A stretch of DNA of 64,000 nt from an uncultured Candidatus Bathyarchaeia archaeon (GCA_964480955.1 CAYZRW010000002.1:58244-122243); one strand, 5' to 3'. Positions 19,457-29,093 are shown, counted from the first letter of the stretch. A program made the numbers and translations. The notes: generated by a model from the letters alone, not told the origin.

Positions 19457-20332
19457 TTGGGAAACGCGGCTGACTACTGGCGACTCACCAAACCAAGAGT
19501 GACCCTAGCAATCTTCCTACTCTTCCTTCTAGCAGTTATGGCTGGAGCCGGAGGCGAAGACTGGCTCTCTCAGATTGACCGCACTTGGAGGCTGACTCTC
19601 GGGTCAGTCATCGTTCTGATGTCGGTGGCTGGGTCGAATGCTCTGAACAATCTTCTTGACTCTGACATAGACGGGTTGATGGGCAGGACAAAACATCGAG
19701 AGATTCCTTCAGGAAGAATATCAGCCGCGGCTGCCCAGTCTTTCGGTCTCTCAGTCATCGCGGTATCCGTGATACTGGCCCTCGTCTCGGACGCCTATTT
19801 CTCCATTATGTTGCTTATCGGCCTCTCAAGCTACCTACTGATATATACAATCATTCTCAAAAGACATAGCACCCTGAACGTCTTGGGGACCGGCCCCGCT
19901 GTGGCGTCTCCAGTATGGATTGGCTGGATTATCGGCAGAGGACACCTCGACTTGGCCGGCCTTTTGACAGGTCTATTGGTGATGGTTTGGGGTCCACTCC
20001 ACCTTTGGAGTCTGGCAAGGGTCTTCTCTGAAGATTATGGAGTGGCCTCTGTTCCCATGTTGCCGTCGGTCATCGGGGTGAAGAAGTCAGGCTGGTATGT
20101 ACTCGTGCTTGCGATAGTCCTTTCGATAACTTCCCTGTCACTGCATTTCCTCGGCTACTATGGGGTTACCTACTTCGCAGGCACTGTCTTGATGAATTCT
20201 CTGCTTCTTGCTATTGCAGCAATGACTGTTGCCAGACCGTCTGGAAGGCGCAACTGGATAATGTACAAGTTCTCTGCCCCGTACATGGTTATTTCTTTGT
20301 TGTTTGCAGCGATCGACAGAATTCTTGCCTGA
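19457..20332 (+). CDS. UbiA-family prenyltransferase, heme O synthase (CtaB/CyoE)-like
   Basis: Motif NNLLDSDIDGLMGRTKHREIPSGRIS resembles the CtaB N-x3-D-x-DID-x-M-x-RT...P-x-G signature. Multi-TM. Starts 2 nt after the Isp2-like gene. Confidence 0.55.
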   Translation: MGNAADYWRLTKPRVTLAIFLLFLLAVMAGAGGEDWLSQIDRTWRLTLGSVIVLMSVAGSNALNNLLDSDIDGLMGRTKHREIPSGRISAAAAQSFGLSVIAVSVILALVSDAYFSIMLLIGLSSYLLIYTIILKRHSTLNVLGTGPAVASPVWIGWIIGRGHLDLAGLLTGLLVMVWGPLHLWSLARVFSEDYGVASVPMLPSVIGVKKSGWYVLVLAIVLSITSLSLHFLGYYGVTYFAGTVLMNSLLLAIAAMTVARPSGRRNWIMYKFSAPYMVISLLFAAIDRILA

Positions 20333-20388
20333 CCCTGCATGAGTAGTAGGTAGCTGAGAATCTGATTTCCTTAAAGTTAAATTCGAAG

Positions 20389-21762
20389 CTACTCGTTGGC
20401 CGTTAGCAGCCGGAGGCCTCTCCTTGACCCCTGTGGACGACATCTGCCTCTGTGAAATATCGTGATGATGAAGACAGCCGCCAATGCAAAGAGGAGAGTC
20501 ATAGTAATGTTGTGTTGTGAGAATTCTGGGATGGTCTGGCTACCCCCAACAACAATGTGATGTGTACTCGAGCTTGTAGTGAATTCTACTGTATATTCTT
20601 CTTGGTTTTCTGAGATCGAGACTGACTTCTCAATGCCGTCGACGAGAACGACTGGGCTTCCCTTAAGAAACTTCTTTCCAATGTTGACCCTGACCGAGGC
20701 GACGGTTCCCGCCCTGCCTATTATGGAGAAGTTCAACAAACTCTTCCCATCATCGTAGATCACGGCGAAGACTGTGGAGTTGCTAGTTACCGCGATCGAG
20801 GAGTTGTAACGAATGGTGCCTGTGAAGAGTTGAGGGTGAAGTATAGAGGCAATAGTCTCAAGTCCTTCACAGATTCTCGGTCCCGGCCGGATCAGAAGAT
20901 TCTCGTCTATGGTGTATATTTCACCTTCTTTCACAGCCGTGATGAGGCTCCAGCCAGCTCTCTTCTCAAACTCTGACTCTGCAACTCCTCCCAAGTATCC
21001 TTCCGCGACTATGATTATGTCCGGATCCTTCTGTATGACCATTTCACTGTTGACTATTGGATACATGGCTGGGGCTTCATGGAAGATGTTCTCTCCACCA
21101 GCTTCTGTTACGAGTTCATCGAATAGGGTGTTGGAGCCAAAACTCATCATTGGGTCGTACCAGAGTTCATAATAGACCCTTGGTCGAAGAGATGTTCTGG
21201 CTATCCTGTTTGAGATGTAGTTGGATCTGAGTTGCAGGTTCTGGATGAGCCTGTTTGCCTCAGAGGTCTTGCCGCACACAGTGCCTACAAGGGCTAGGTC
21301 TCGAAGGACATCGTCAAACGTCTTTGGGTTGAGGCCAAGCACTACAACACCCCTATTTTGAAGTGCTGACACAAACTCTAATTGGATGTCTGTAGCTGCG
21401 AGGACTAGGTCAGGACTGAGTGAGACAACCCCCTCGAGGCTTGGGTTGGCGTAGCCGCCTATCACGGTGATCTGCCCTAGCCTGACCTTCTCAAGAACGA
21501 TTGGCGGCCAGTTGCAGTACTGAGTTACGCCAACAACTTTTTCGCCCAAGTCCAGGGCAAAAAGGATCTCCGTGTTGCTTGGAGCCGTGGATACTATACG
21601 TTCTGGGGGGGAAAGTATCGTGACGTTCCTTCCGAAGTCGTCTATAACAGTTAGTGGGAATCCACCTTCAGCCTCCGCCACTGACGCGAATGAAGAAAAA
21701 GGAATTGTAATGAGCATTATTAGGATGATGACTTTGCCGGGGCTCATGGATGGATACTCCAT
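20389..21762 (-). CDS. ABC-type periplasmic substrate-binding protein (FecB/BtuF class III PBP), with an extra C-terminal domain and C-terminal TM anchor
   Basis: N-terminal signal. PBP fold motifs (ERIVSTAPSNTEILFAL, KVVGVT, DLVLA). About 120 aa extra domain, then PEFSQHNITMTLLFALAAVFIITIF hydrophobic anchor plus basic tail. Confidence 0.7.
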   Translation of the reverse strand: MEYPSMSPGKVIILIMLITIPFSSFASVAEAEGGFPLTVIDDFGRNVTILSPPERIVSTAPSNTEILFALDLGEKVVGVTQYCNWPPIVLEKVRLGQITVIGGYANPSLEGVVSLSPDLVLAATDIQLEFVSALQNRGVVVLGLNPKTFDDVLRDLALVGTVCGKTSEANRLIQNLQLRSNYISNRIARTSLRPRVYYELWYDPMMSFGSNTLFDELVTEAGGENIFHEAPAMYPIVNSEMVIQKDPDIIIVAEGYLGGVAESEFEKRAGWSLITAVKEGEIYTIDENLLIRPGPRICEGLETIASILHPQLFTGTIRYNSSIAVTSNSTVFAVIYDDGKSLLNFSIIGRAGTVASVRVNIGKKFLKGSPVVLVDGIEKSVSISENQEEYTVEFTTSSSTHHIVVGGSQTIPEFSQHNITMTLLFALAAVFIITIFHRGRCRPQGSRRGLRLLTANE

Positions 21763-21887
21763 CCACCACCTATTTAAGAGCTGAGATTTCTCCCGCTGAC
21801 CACGACAAGATCAATGTCTGCAGCACCCTAGCCTTCGGTAAGATCTCTTATTACTCTGTATTCGATAATCTTCGTTTGAGAATCGGC

Positions 21888-22181
21888 ATGATAGTGGCTG
21901 AGCTAAGTGTTGAGCCCATTGGGGAGGGTACAAGCATAAGCAGGTTTGTCAAGGAGGCTCTTGAAGCTTTAAGACGCAGCGGAGTGAAACACGTCCCAAA
22001 CGCCATGGGCACCGTTATCGAGGCGAACTCGCTGGACGAACTCTTTGCCGCAACCAAGGCAGCCCATGAGGCGGTCTTCAGGGCGGGTGCAAGAAGGGTC
22101 GTCACAACCCTGAGGTTAGACGATAGAAGGGACAAAGCCATAACGATCCAGAGCAAGCTAGATGCAGTAGCTTCAAGATGA
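21888..22181 (+). CDS. MTH1187/YkoF-family (DUF77) small protein
   Basis: Likely ATG at 21888 in frame with the track ORF 21750..22181. MIVAELSVEPIGEGTSISRFVKEALEAL...MGTVIEANSLDELFAATKAAHEA matches the MTH1187 thiamine-binding-like fold family. Confidence 0.6.
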   Translation: MIVAELSVEPIGEGTSISRFVKEALEALRRSGVKHVPNAMGTVIEANSLDELFAATKAAHEAVFRAGARRVVTTLRLDDRRDKAITIQSKLDAVASR

Positions 22182-22273
22182 CAGGAATTCTCAGGCCATT
22201 AATGGCTTAGGGGGAACCTTCTACCGGTCAAAACGCTAGCCTGCCTTAACATTCCACGTTAGGGTCTCAATTG

Positions 22274-23926
22274 TCAATCTGAAATCTCGGCTTTGGCTCT
22301 TAGTTTTCGGTGATACATTACGGCGAATCTGTGAGCCTCATCCCTGATTCTTTGGATGACGTAGAGCCCCTCAGAGTTCCTTGGAAGCTCTACTGGCTCA
22401 GGACTATCTGGTAAATATATATGTTCAAGTCCTTTTGCCAATCCTACAACTGGAAGTTCAAGCCCCAGCCTCGCCATCGACATCTTTGCAGAGTGCAGCT
22501 GAGTAACCCCGCCGTCTACTATCACCAAGTCCGGTAGCGAGGACTTCTCGTCCAGTAGCCTTCTGTACCTTCTATAGACGAGTTCACCTATCATTCTGGG
22601 GTCATCTTGGCCGACTACAGTCTTTATCCTGAATCTTCTGTAGCGGCTCTTGAGGGGTTCACCGTTCTGGAAGGCCACCATGGATCCTACGGAACTCCTC
22701 CCAGCCAGTGTTGAGACATCGAAGCACTCAATCAGTTTTGGAATAGTTTCCAAGCCCAATTTCTCTTGGAGTTCTTGGAGGCCTTTGAGGGTTCTTCTCT
22801 TCTTCCCAGCCGACTCCTCAAGGTGGGACTTGGCGTTCTCAACAGCCATCTTGAGAAGCCGACGTTTCTGCCCTCTCACCCTGCTCGATATGACTGTCTT
22901 TGACCTAAACCTCTCGAAGAGCCATTCCTGAATGGTCTGGGAGTCCTCGAGTCTCGCTGAGACTATGACCTCTGGTGGAGAAGAGATTCTTCTAGAGTAG
23001 TACTGCTTGATGAAGGACTCCAAGATCTCGCCGTCCTCAGCGTCTTGAGCGTTCAACTCGTAAGATTCTGAGGAGACGAGTTTACCACCTTTGACCTGCA
23101 AGACCTGGACGCAGGCTTCAGAAGGGGTCTTCGCAACCCCCAAGACATCCAGATCGACGGGTTTAGGAAATACTACGGTTACACCCGAGAGGGTCTTCTC
23201 CAACGCGTCTATCCGATCCCTTGTCCGGGCGGCCTTCTCATACTCAAGGTTTGCCGACGCCGCCATCATCTCCCTCCGGAGTCTTCTGATTACTAGGTCG
23301 GCCTTACCGTCCAGAACGAGGACTAGCGCCTTGACCCTCTCATTGTACTCATCCTTTGAGATTAGGCCGGCGCACACCCCACTGCAGAGGCCCATCTGGT
23401 AGTATGCGCAGGGTCGTCTTCTAGGTTTCTTGAGGTCGAACTTGCACACTCGAAGTGGGAAGAGTCTTCTAAGAGTGTTCAGGGACTGCCGCATGGCGGC
23501 CACGTCCGCGTATGGACCGTAGTATCGACTGGCATCTTTCTTGGGCCGTCGCACAATCGAGAGAGCTGGATACTCCTCCTCTAGGCTGAGTCTGAGGTAT
23601 GGATACGTCTTGTCGTCTCTTAGGCGAATATTGTATTTGGGTCTGTACTGTTTGATGAGGATATTCTCCTCAACAAGCGCCTCCACCTCTGACCCTGTGA
23701 CGATATATTCAATCTTCTTCGTGTTGTTAATGATTAGAGACTCACGGGGGTTTGACCTGGCTGCTTGGACATGGTTCTTTACTCTCTCTTTGAGGTTGGA
23801 GGCCTTCCCAACATAGAGAACATCCTCCCCCTTCATGATGTATACTCCGGTCTTCTCAGGCAGAGCTTCAATTTGGTCTTCGATCTTGGGCTCAGACATC
23901 TTCCCGGAAACCGACCTTAAAACCAA
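22274..23926 (-). CDS. uvrC: excinuclease ABC subunit C
   Basis: N-terminal GIY-YIG (GVYIMKGEDVLYVGKASNLKERV), UvrBC-interaction region, and C-terminal RNase H-like/HhH endonuclease domains. Confidence 0.85.
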   Translation of the reverse strand: MVLRSVSGKMSEPKIEDQIEALPEKTGVYIMKGEDVLYVGKASNLKERVKNHVQAARSNPRESLIINNTKKIEYIVTGSEVEALVEENILIKQYRPKYNIRLRDDKTYPYLRLSLEEEYPALSIVRRPKKDASRYYGPYADVAAMRQSLNTLRRLFPLRVCKFDLKKPRRRPCAYYQMGLCSGVCAGLISKDEYNERVKALVLVLDGKADLVIRRLRREMMAASANLEYEKAARTRDRIDALEKTLSGVTVVFPKPVDLDVLGVAKTPSEACVQVLQVKGGKLVSSESYELNAQDAEDGEILESFIKQYYSRRISSPPEVIVSARLEDSQTIQEWLFERFRSKTVISSRVRGQKRRLLKMAVENAKSHLEESAGKKRRTLKGLQELQEKLGLETIPKLIECFDVSTLAGRSSVGSMVAFQNGEPLKSRYRRFRIKTVVGQDDPRMIGELVYRRYRRLLDEKSSLPDLVIVDGGVTQLHSAKMSMARLGLELPVVGLAKGLEHIYLPDSPEPVELPRNSEGLYVIQRIRDEAHRFAVMYHRKLRAKAEISD

Positions 23927-24122
23927 GCATCATGGAGATCCTTTGTGGCTCTGACAGAGGGCTCTGTATTGGAGAGAATATTCAGGCCGCCTAATATTGG
24001 CATCTCCTCTACGCAAATAGATGTTGTGATGACTGTGATCCTAAGGATTTTCTGAACTATCGTTCAGTCCCTTAGGAGTTCCTCTGTCGTGGGTTGCTGT
24101 ATCTTTAACACTTCGAGACTCT

Positions 24123-24602
24123 TCAGGGTTGCTTGGTGATTCTGCGGTGAGGGGGAGGAGCATGCGTCCGGGGGACTACGACCTCGTAGCCTAGTTCAAA
24201 GGCGTCTAGTACGGTCTTCAGCAGACAAGCTTCTGTCCTGATTCCTGTTATGATTAGTTTGCTGATCCCCTTCTGTCTTAGGGTGAAGTCTAGGTCTGTG
24301 CCGAAGAAGGCGCTCAGCATCCTCTTCTCCACCAATATGTCTTCATGGTGGGGTTTGAGTTCATCTGTGACTTTGGCTCCCTCTGTTCCACGTATTGTGT
24401 GTGTCGGTATCCCGAGTCTCTTGAATAGGGGGTCGTCCCTGTATCGGCTGTCGAGGGCGTAGATTATTGGCATGCTTCTCCCTCTTGCCTTCTCGATCAA
24501 GAGGCTGATCTTTGGTATTATTTGGGCGCAGAACCTTCCAACGTTATCCTTCTGCATATCGACTATTACGATAGCCTCTTTCCCCTTGTCCAGGTTGGTC
24601 AT
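24123..24602 (-). CDS. isochorismatase-family hydrolase, possibly nicotinamidase-like
   Basis: IVIVDMQKDN near the N-terminus (catalytic Asp), a conserved Lys, and Cys in the GIRTEAC context. Confidence 0.7.
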   Translation of the reverse strand: MTNLDKGKEAIVIVDMQKDNVGRFCAQIIPKISLLIEKARGRSMPIIYALDSRYRDDPLFKRLGIPTHTIRGTEGAKVTDELKPHHEDILVEKRMLSAFFGTDLDFTLRQKGISKLIITGIRTEACLLKTVLDAFELGYEVVVPRTHAPPPHRRITKQP

Positions 24603-24731
24603 GACGGTTACATCTGAACTGGCATTATGCCAAGTCTTCTTTATTATGATTCTTGAATATAATGACTTACGAAGAGTGAATTTGATACCTCTCGAGGAAG
24701 GCTTTGAAATACGGTAGAGAGATTTCTGCGG

Positions 24732-25184
24732 CTACGTAGCGTAGACGGCTATGTACACGGATAATCCGATTAGAAACGTTATTGACCAGATTATGAATGT
24801 GACCCTCATCAGGCATCTTATGTTTGTTCCCATCTTGGAGCCGCAGGGCCTTAATGCAACGATTGTGGCCAGGCCCAGTATCTCTGCCACCAGTCCAAAG
24901 GCCGGGTGAATAACCGTTATTTGAGACGGAGTTTGAGTCATGGTTGATGCTAGGAAGTTAATGCTTCCTAGGAGTCTTGGGGCCATCACGAGTAGTATCG
25001 ATATAGCATTGAGTAGGACAGCTGAGCCCATTACTCTACCGTGAATATTGTATCTTACTCTTCTCTTTGTGTAGTATGCCCCAGTAAACAGGATTATTAT
25101 GATCAATATCTGGAGGATGAGGTTAAGATCATGAATCATTTCGGCTCTGGTTCCTAGAATTGACATGGTAGGCCGCAAGATCAA
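24732..25184 (-). CDS. small integral membrane protein, unknown function
   Basis: 150 aa with four hydrophobic helices and no recognisable motif. Confidence 0.4.
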   Translation of the reverse strand: MILRPTMSILGTRAEMIHDLNLILQILIIIILFTGAYYTKRRVRYNIHGRVMGSAVLLNAISILLVMAPRLLGSINFLASTMTQTPSQITVIHPAFGLVAEILGLATIVALRPCGSKMGTNIRCLMRVTFIIWSITFLIGLSVYIAVYAT

Positions 25185-25318
25185 TAATTTACACGCATCC
25201 TTTTATGAGTTATCGAGACAACTGAGTTGACCGTACGGTTAAGCTTCCATATGGGGGTCATGTTGAGGGACTATTCCGGTCCGGGCCAAACCTGTCGAGC
25301 TTAGTTTATGTCAAGATT

Positions 25319-25981
25319 CTACTCCAGTCTTCCCCTTCCACCACAGAAACGCACAATGTAGCTTACGGCTACCTCTCCAGCTCCTCTAAGAGTCTTAAAA
25401 TCTATTCCGGGGACTCCGCATACAAGAAGCAGAATACTCGTTGTAGATTCTGAGATCTTGGATGTCTCAGCGTCTCTATGCGGATAGACAGCAACAAGCT
25501 TCTCAGAGTCTGAAATGACAATTTCTCCAGTCAACACGGTAGGCTCGCGCATCCCTATTCCAAGAAAACTCTCGTCAGGTTCGGCCTGCCTCATCAATAG
25601 GTCGCCTTTTAACTTGTCGCGGTTGAAGGCTGCGAGGGCAATCTCGGTTTTGATAGAGGCCAAGTTGTAGGCGTCTACCACATTGTTTATTCTAGGTATC
25701 GGTTTACCAGCAAGTATCCTTCTTATGAGCGCCTCGGCTGCAGGCCTCACTTTGGTTGGGTCCATTCCAACCCTCCAGAAGAAGTCCCTGTAGGCCCTGA
25801 AGACTGGAACATCCTTCAGGGAATCAAGAGTGTACTTGTGCCTCACCTCTAGAGAGATTTCTTCACTGAATTCTTTGAGTTCAGCACTGCTCTCCTCGAC
25901 CTTCACACCGTCAACGTAACCTATGAGGGTCTGTAAGCCGGGAAACCTTTCCTTCAAGCTTGGAGTGACCTGTAAGGTCAT
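25319..25981 (-). CDS. B3/4 domain-containing protein (PheT B3/B4-like tRNA-binding fold)
   Basis: 220 aa. Overall similarity to stand-alone B3_4 domain proteins (FRAYRDFFWRVGMDPTKVRPAAEAL...). Confidence 0.5.
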   Translation of the reverse strand: MTLQVTPSLKERFPGLQTLIGYVDGVKVEESSAELKEFSEEISLEVRHKYTLDSLKDVPVFRAYRDFFWRVGMDPTKVRPAAEALIRRILAGKPIPRINNVVDAYNLASIKTEIALAAFNRDKLKGDLLMRQAEPDESFLGIGMREPTVLTGEIVISDSEKLVAVYPHRDAETSKISESTTSILLLVCGVPGIDFKTLRGAGEVAVSYIVRFCGGRGRLE

Positions 25982-26186
25982 ATCGACCGCCGATTAGCGT
26001 CGCCTAAGCTTGGACGCAAGCTTTCGTCTCCAGTTTACATTCTGTCTTTCATAATAAGAGCGGAGTTGGTTGAGTCGTCTGAGCCCAGACATGTTGGGTA
26101 GGTTATTACTACTTCGTAGCTTGCGGCCACTGCGACCAATAGTTGAAACTTGCTGTCCAGAATTTGCCGGGTGATGCTTGGCCGCC

Positions 26187-27188
26187 TCAGCGGACTTTAC
26201 ACAGCTCCTTGATAGTCTCGTGGGTTTCTCGCGGGGGTGGCGTCGTATTGACCATGTAGGTTTCTGCCCTATTCAGCAATTCTTTGAAGAAGAGTCTTCT
26301 GGCATTTGTCTTCCTTGCTGATCTCACTAGAAGATGGGGGTTGCAGAAGTTTTGGGCTTCAAGGTAGTTGAGGGCTTCAGCGGAATCTATTCTTCTTGAC
26401 CCTGCATCATCTTCAGGATCCCGTTTGAGAAGTATCACTTTTCTGATTGTGGCGAAGGGTACGACCCTGCCTTTGCCTATTATCCATCTGACATCAAGAA
26501 TGGCTCTTCCTTGAGGGTCAAACTCCGCGTTATCAACTATCTGTTTGTATTCGCCCCAGATCTGCGCTACGTCTGCTGGTGTGTAGAAGTTCTTCTCAGA
26601 ACCGTAGGCCAGTGCGGCTCCGTCTGAGAACCTGACGAAGAACCAGTCGTCTGAGAGTATTCTTACCTCTGGAATACGGAGGAGCCCATAGGTATGTGTG
26701 GTCTTCCCGGTTCCTGGAGGCGCGATCAAACATATTCCGTGACCGTCGAGATCCATACAGGCTCCGTGAACACTGTTTATGTTATGTTCATCTTCCAGTA
26801 TGTCTCCGGCTGCGGCCAAAGCAATCGATTTGATCCAGCCGTAGTAGTCTACATTGATCAGAAAAGCTGTCTTTGAGAGGGGATCATACAGAACGGTTAG
26901 AGGTTTATCCTTCTCCTCGACGACTATGAGTCTGCCGTGGGATCTGACGTGGGCGGACATGGGATAGAAATTCTCGTCCCACCTCTCCTTGACATATTTC
27001 AGGTTCGTCAGGAGTTTGACGCAGCAACCGTAGACATCAGCCCTCTCCTCGTAATGAACCATTCTGGAGTAGAGCTGCATCAGCTCGTCTTTACGTTCTA
27101 TAGTGATCAGTTCAACCTCATACTTTGATCGTGACTTCATAGATACCTGACTCCGTTTCAGTAGTGTGCACCAGTTATTAGGAGACAT
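26187..27188 (-). CDS. HPr kinase C-terminal domain-like P-loop protein
   Basis: VHGACMDLDGHGICLIAPPGTGKTTHTYGLLRIPEVRILSDDWFFV matches the HprK/P P-loop core pattern HG..VD..G.G.LI.G.SG.GKS......G..L.DD. Confidence 0.55.
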   Translation of the reverse strand: MSPNNWCTLLKRSQVSMKSRSKYEVELITIERKDELMQLYSRMVHYEERADVYGCCVKLLTNLKYVKERWDENFYPMSAHVRSHGRLIVVEEKDKPLTVLYDPLSKTAFLINVDYYGWIKSIALAAAGDILEDEHNINSVHGACMDLDGHGICLIAPPGTGKTTHTYGLLRIPEVRILSDDWFFVRFSDGAALAYGSEKNFYTPADVAQIWGEYKQIVDNAEFDPQGRAILDVRWIIGKGRVVPFATIRKVILLKRDPEDDAGSRRIDSAEALNYLEAQNFCNPHLLVRSARKTNARRLFFKELLNRAETYMVNTTPPPRETHETIKELCKVR

Positions 27189-27637
27189 TCCTACATATAC
27201 AAGTTAGGAGGGGGCTGTCCAGAAATCTGCTCCTCAGCTCTTATTTTCGTAGAATCCTTTACGACACCGTTCCGTACCACGAGAAAACGGTGAACTATTC
27301 CTAGGTATACTGAAGATGTTGCTGAGTGGGATTGCGGTAGCTAGCTCTTGATCAGGTGGCGACGGAGGGCGTCGGGGCAGGTGCAGGGTCCCCCGGATTT
27401 CCGACAGTAGAGGCCTCTACCATCCTTTGTAACTATGAGGGCGAGGCACTCTATTCTCCTCACGCTCTTCTCAAGGACACTGATAGTTTCCAAACAGATC
27501 CCCCATCAGAACTTCGCTGGCTAGAATGATATGTGAGAGAGGAGGGTGAAAGTACTCAGTGTTTACAGTGATCCGGTGCATCACTGATTTCTGTAGGGCA
27601 AGAAGCGGTTTGGATTTCGGTAACGCTTTCCTCTTGG

Positions 27638-28417
27638 TCATTTACGGTAGATTTTCAATTCCATCTTTCCGTTCTCAATCGTTATGTAGGTGTTTTGGAC
27701 CTCCGCGTCAGAAACCCAGCTTCCAGTGTTGGCCACAGTATCTTCTATGAATGGACGGTGCGTATGGCCGAAGACGAGTCTTTCGTTCCTTGAAAGACCC
27801 AGGAATAGGTCTCTGACACTGGACCTAGCTAGTTGCTCGACCCTGTGCATGTCCCTGCGGCTCTCAGGAACCTCTGTTATTGACCGTATCGTCTGTTGTC
27901 TCCTGTCACCCTTCTTGAAGCTGAGATGGATCGTGTCCCATAAGACGCTCAGTATGTCTCCGATAAAGTCTCCAGTTCTCTGGCAGAGTGAGACGCATAA
28001 CGACTCATATTCTTCGATTGTGAGTGGTTCGAAGACTGCGAGTGCCTCCAGCTGGTAGCCGTGGATGAAGTTGTAGGATACACCGTCGACTTCAAGTCTG
28101 AAGCTCTTTCTAACATCGAAGAATTGATGCTCTGGAAGCTTGAGTGTGATCAAGGTGTAGTCATGGTTTCCCACAACATAGTGAACTTTCGCTTTGAGAG
28201 ACTCAAGAACCTTGAAGATGACTTCGTTCTCAATCGCAACCGCCACATTATTTCTCCTCCAAAAGTCAAGTATATCACCAAGGAGAACAAGATGGTCCTC
28301 TGAACCTAATGGTCTACAGACCTCTTCTAGAAAGTTGAGGAAGAGTTGCCTGTTTGAATTTTGATAACCCAGATGAACATCGGAGGCGACTAATATCAAG
28401 AACTGATCCTCCGCCAC
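27638..28417 (-). CDS. calcineurin-like metallophosphoesterase
   Basis: Motifs ASDVHLG, LLGDILD, GNHD and GHTH. Confidence 0.75.
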   Translation of the reverse strand: MAEDQFLILVASDVHLGYQNSNRQLFLNFLEEVCRPLGSEDHLVLLGDILDFWRRNNVAVAIENEVIFKVLESLKAKVHYVVGNHDYTLITLKLPEHQFFDVRKSFRLEVDGVSYNFIHGYQLEALAVFEPLTIEEYESLCVSLCQRTGDFIGDILSVLWDTIHLSFKKGDRRQQTIRSITEVPESRRDMHRVEQLARSSVRDLFLGLSRNERLVFGHTHRPFIEDTVANTGSWVSDAEVQNTYITIENGKMELKIYRK

Positions 28418-28532
28418 AAACTATTGTACGTTGACTCTCTTAAGTGGTTGACCAAAGAAAGTTGACAATCTTGTTACCTAGCGCTTACAGCAGAATATTT
28501 GTTCAAGTTGCCCCGTCTAGAGTGACAGCTAT

Positions 28533-29093
28533 CTATTTGGATCCTAAGATTTCAGCTGCAGCTTCTTGATAGGTCTGTACGTCTGACTTGGTGAATAGGA
28601 CGAAGTTCACCTCTTCCATACTGTCCTTCTCCTCCAAGAACTCTTTGACAGTCTTGAGCGCTATTCTGGCCGCTTCCTCTATTGGGTATCCGTAGGCTCC
28701 TGTGCTCATAGATGGAAAGGATATTCTCTTCAGCCCTTTCCTAGTCGCCAGTTCTAGAGAGTTGCGGTATGCTTCTGCCAGGAGTCTAGGCTCCCCACTT
28801 CTTCCGCCGCGCCATATTGGGCCTACGGTGTGGATTACGTAGCGGGCCTTGAGGTCTCCACCTGAAGTTATCACGGCCCGCCCCGTCGGCAAACCTTCGG
28901 GCCACTCCCCAGACCTAATTCTTCTGCATTCCTCAAGTATCTTTGGGCCGCCTCTTCGGTGGATCGCACCGTCCACTCCTCCACCTCCCATGAGGCTTGG
29001 GTTTGCAGCGTTAACTATGGCGTCGACATCCTGATCGGTTATGTCGCCATGGACAAGACGAAGTTTGGCTCCGCCGACCAGCCTCTCAATCAT
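28533..29093 (-). CDS. macro domain protein (O-acetyl-ADP-ribose deacetylase / ADP-ribose binding, YmdB/MacroD-like)
   Basis: LRLVHGDITDQDVDAIVNAANPSLMGGGGVDGAIHRRGGP and the GGDLKARYVIHTVGP macro-domain signatures. Confidence 0.85.
   Translation of the reverse strand: MIERLVGGAKLRLVHGDITDQDVDAIVNAANPSLMGGGGVDGAIHRRGGPKILEECRRIRSGEWPEGLPTGRAVITSGGDLKARYVIHTVGPIWRGGRSGEPRLLAEAYRNSLELATRKGLKRISFPSMSTGAYGYPIEEAARIALKTVKEFLEEKDSMEEVNFVLFTKSDVQTYQEAAAEILGSK

Noticed and set aside
27189-27215. TTGTATATGTAGG (on the - strand) looked like a TATA box for the HprK-like gene
   Set aside because: It lies only about 8 nt from the ATG, too close for an archaeal TATA box to TSS spacing.
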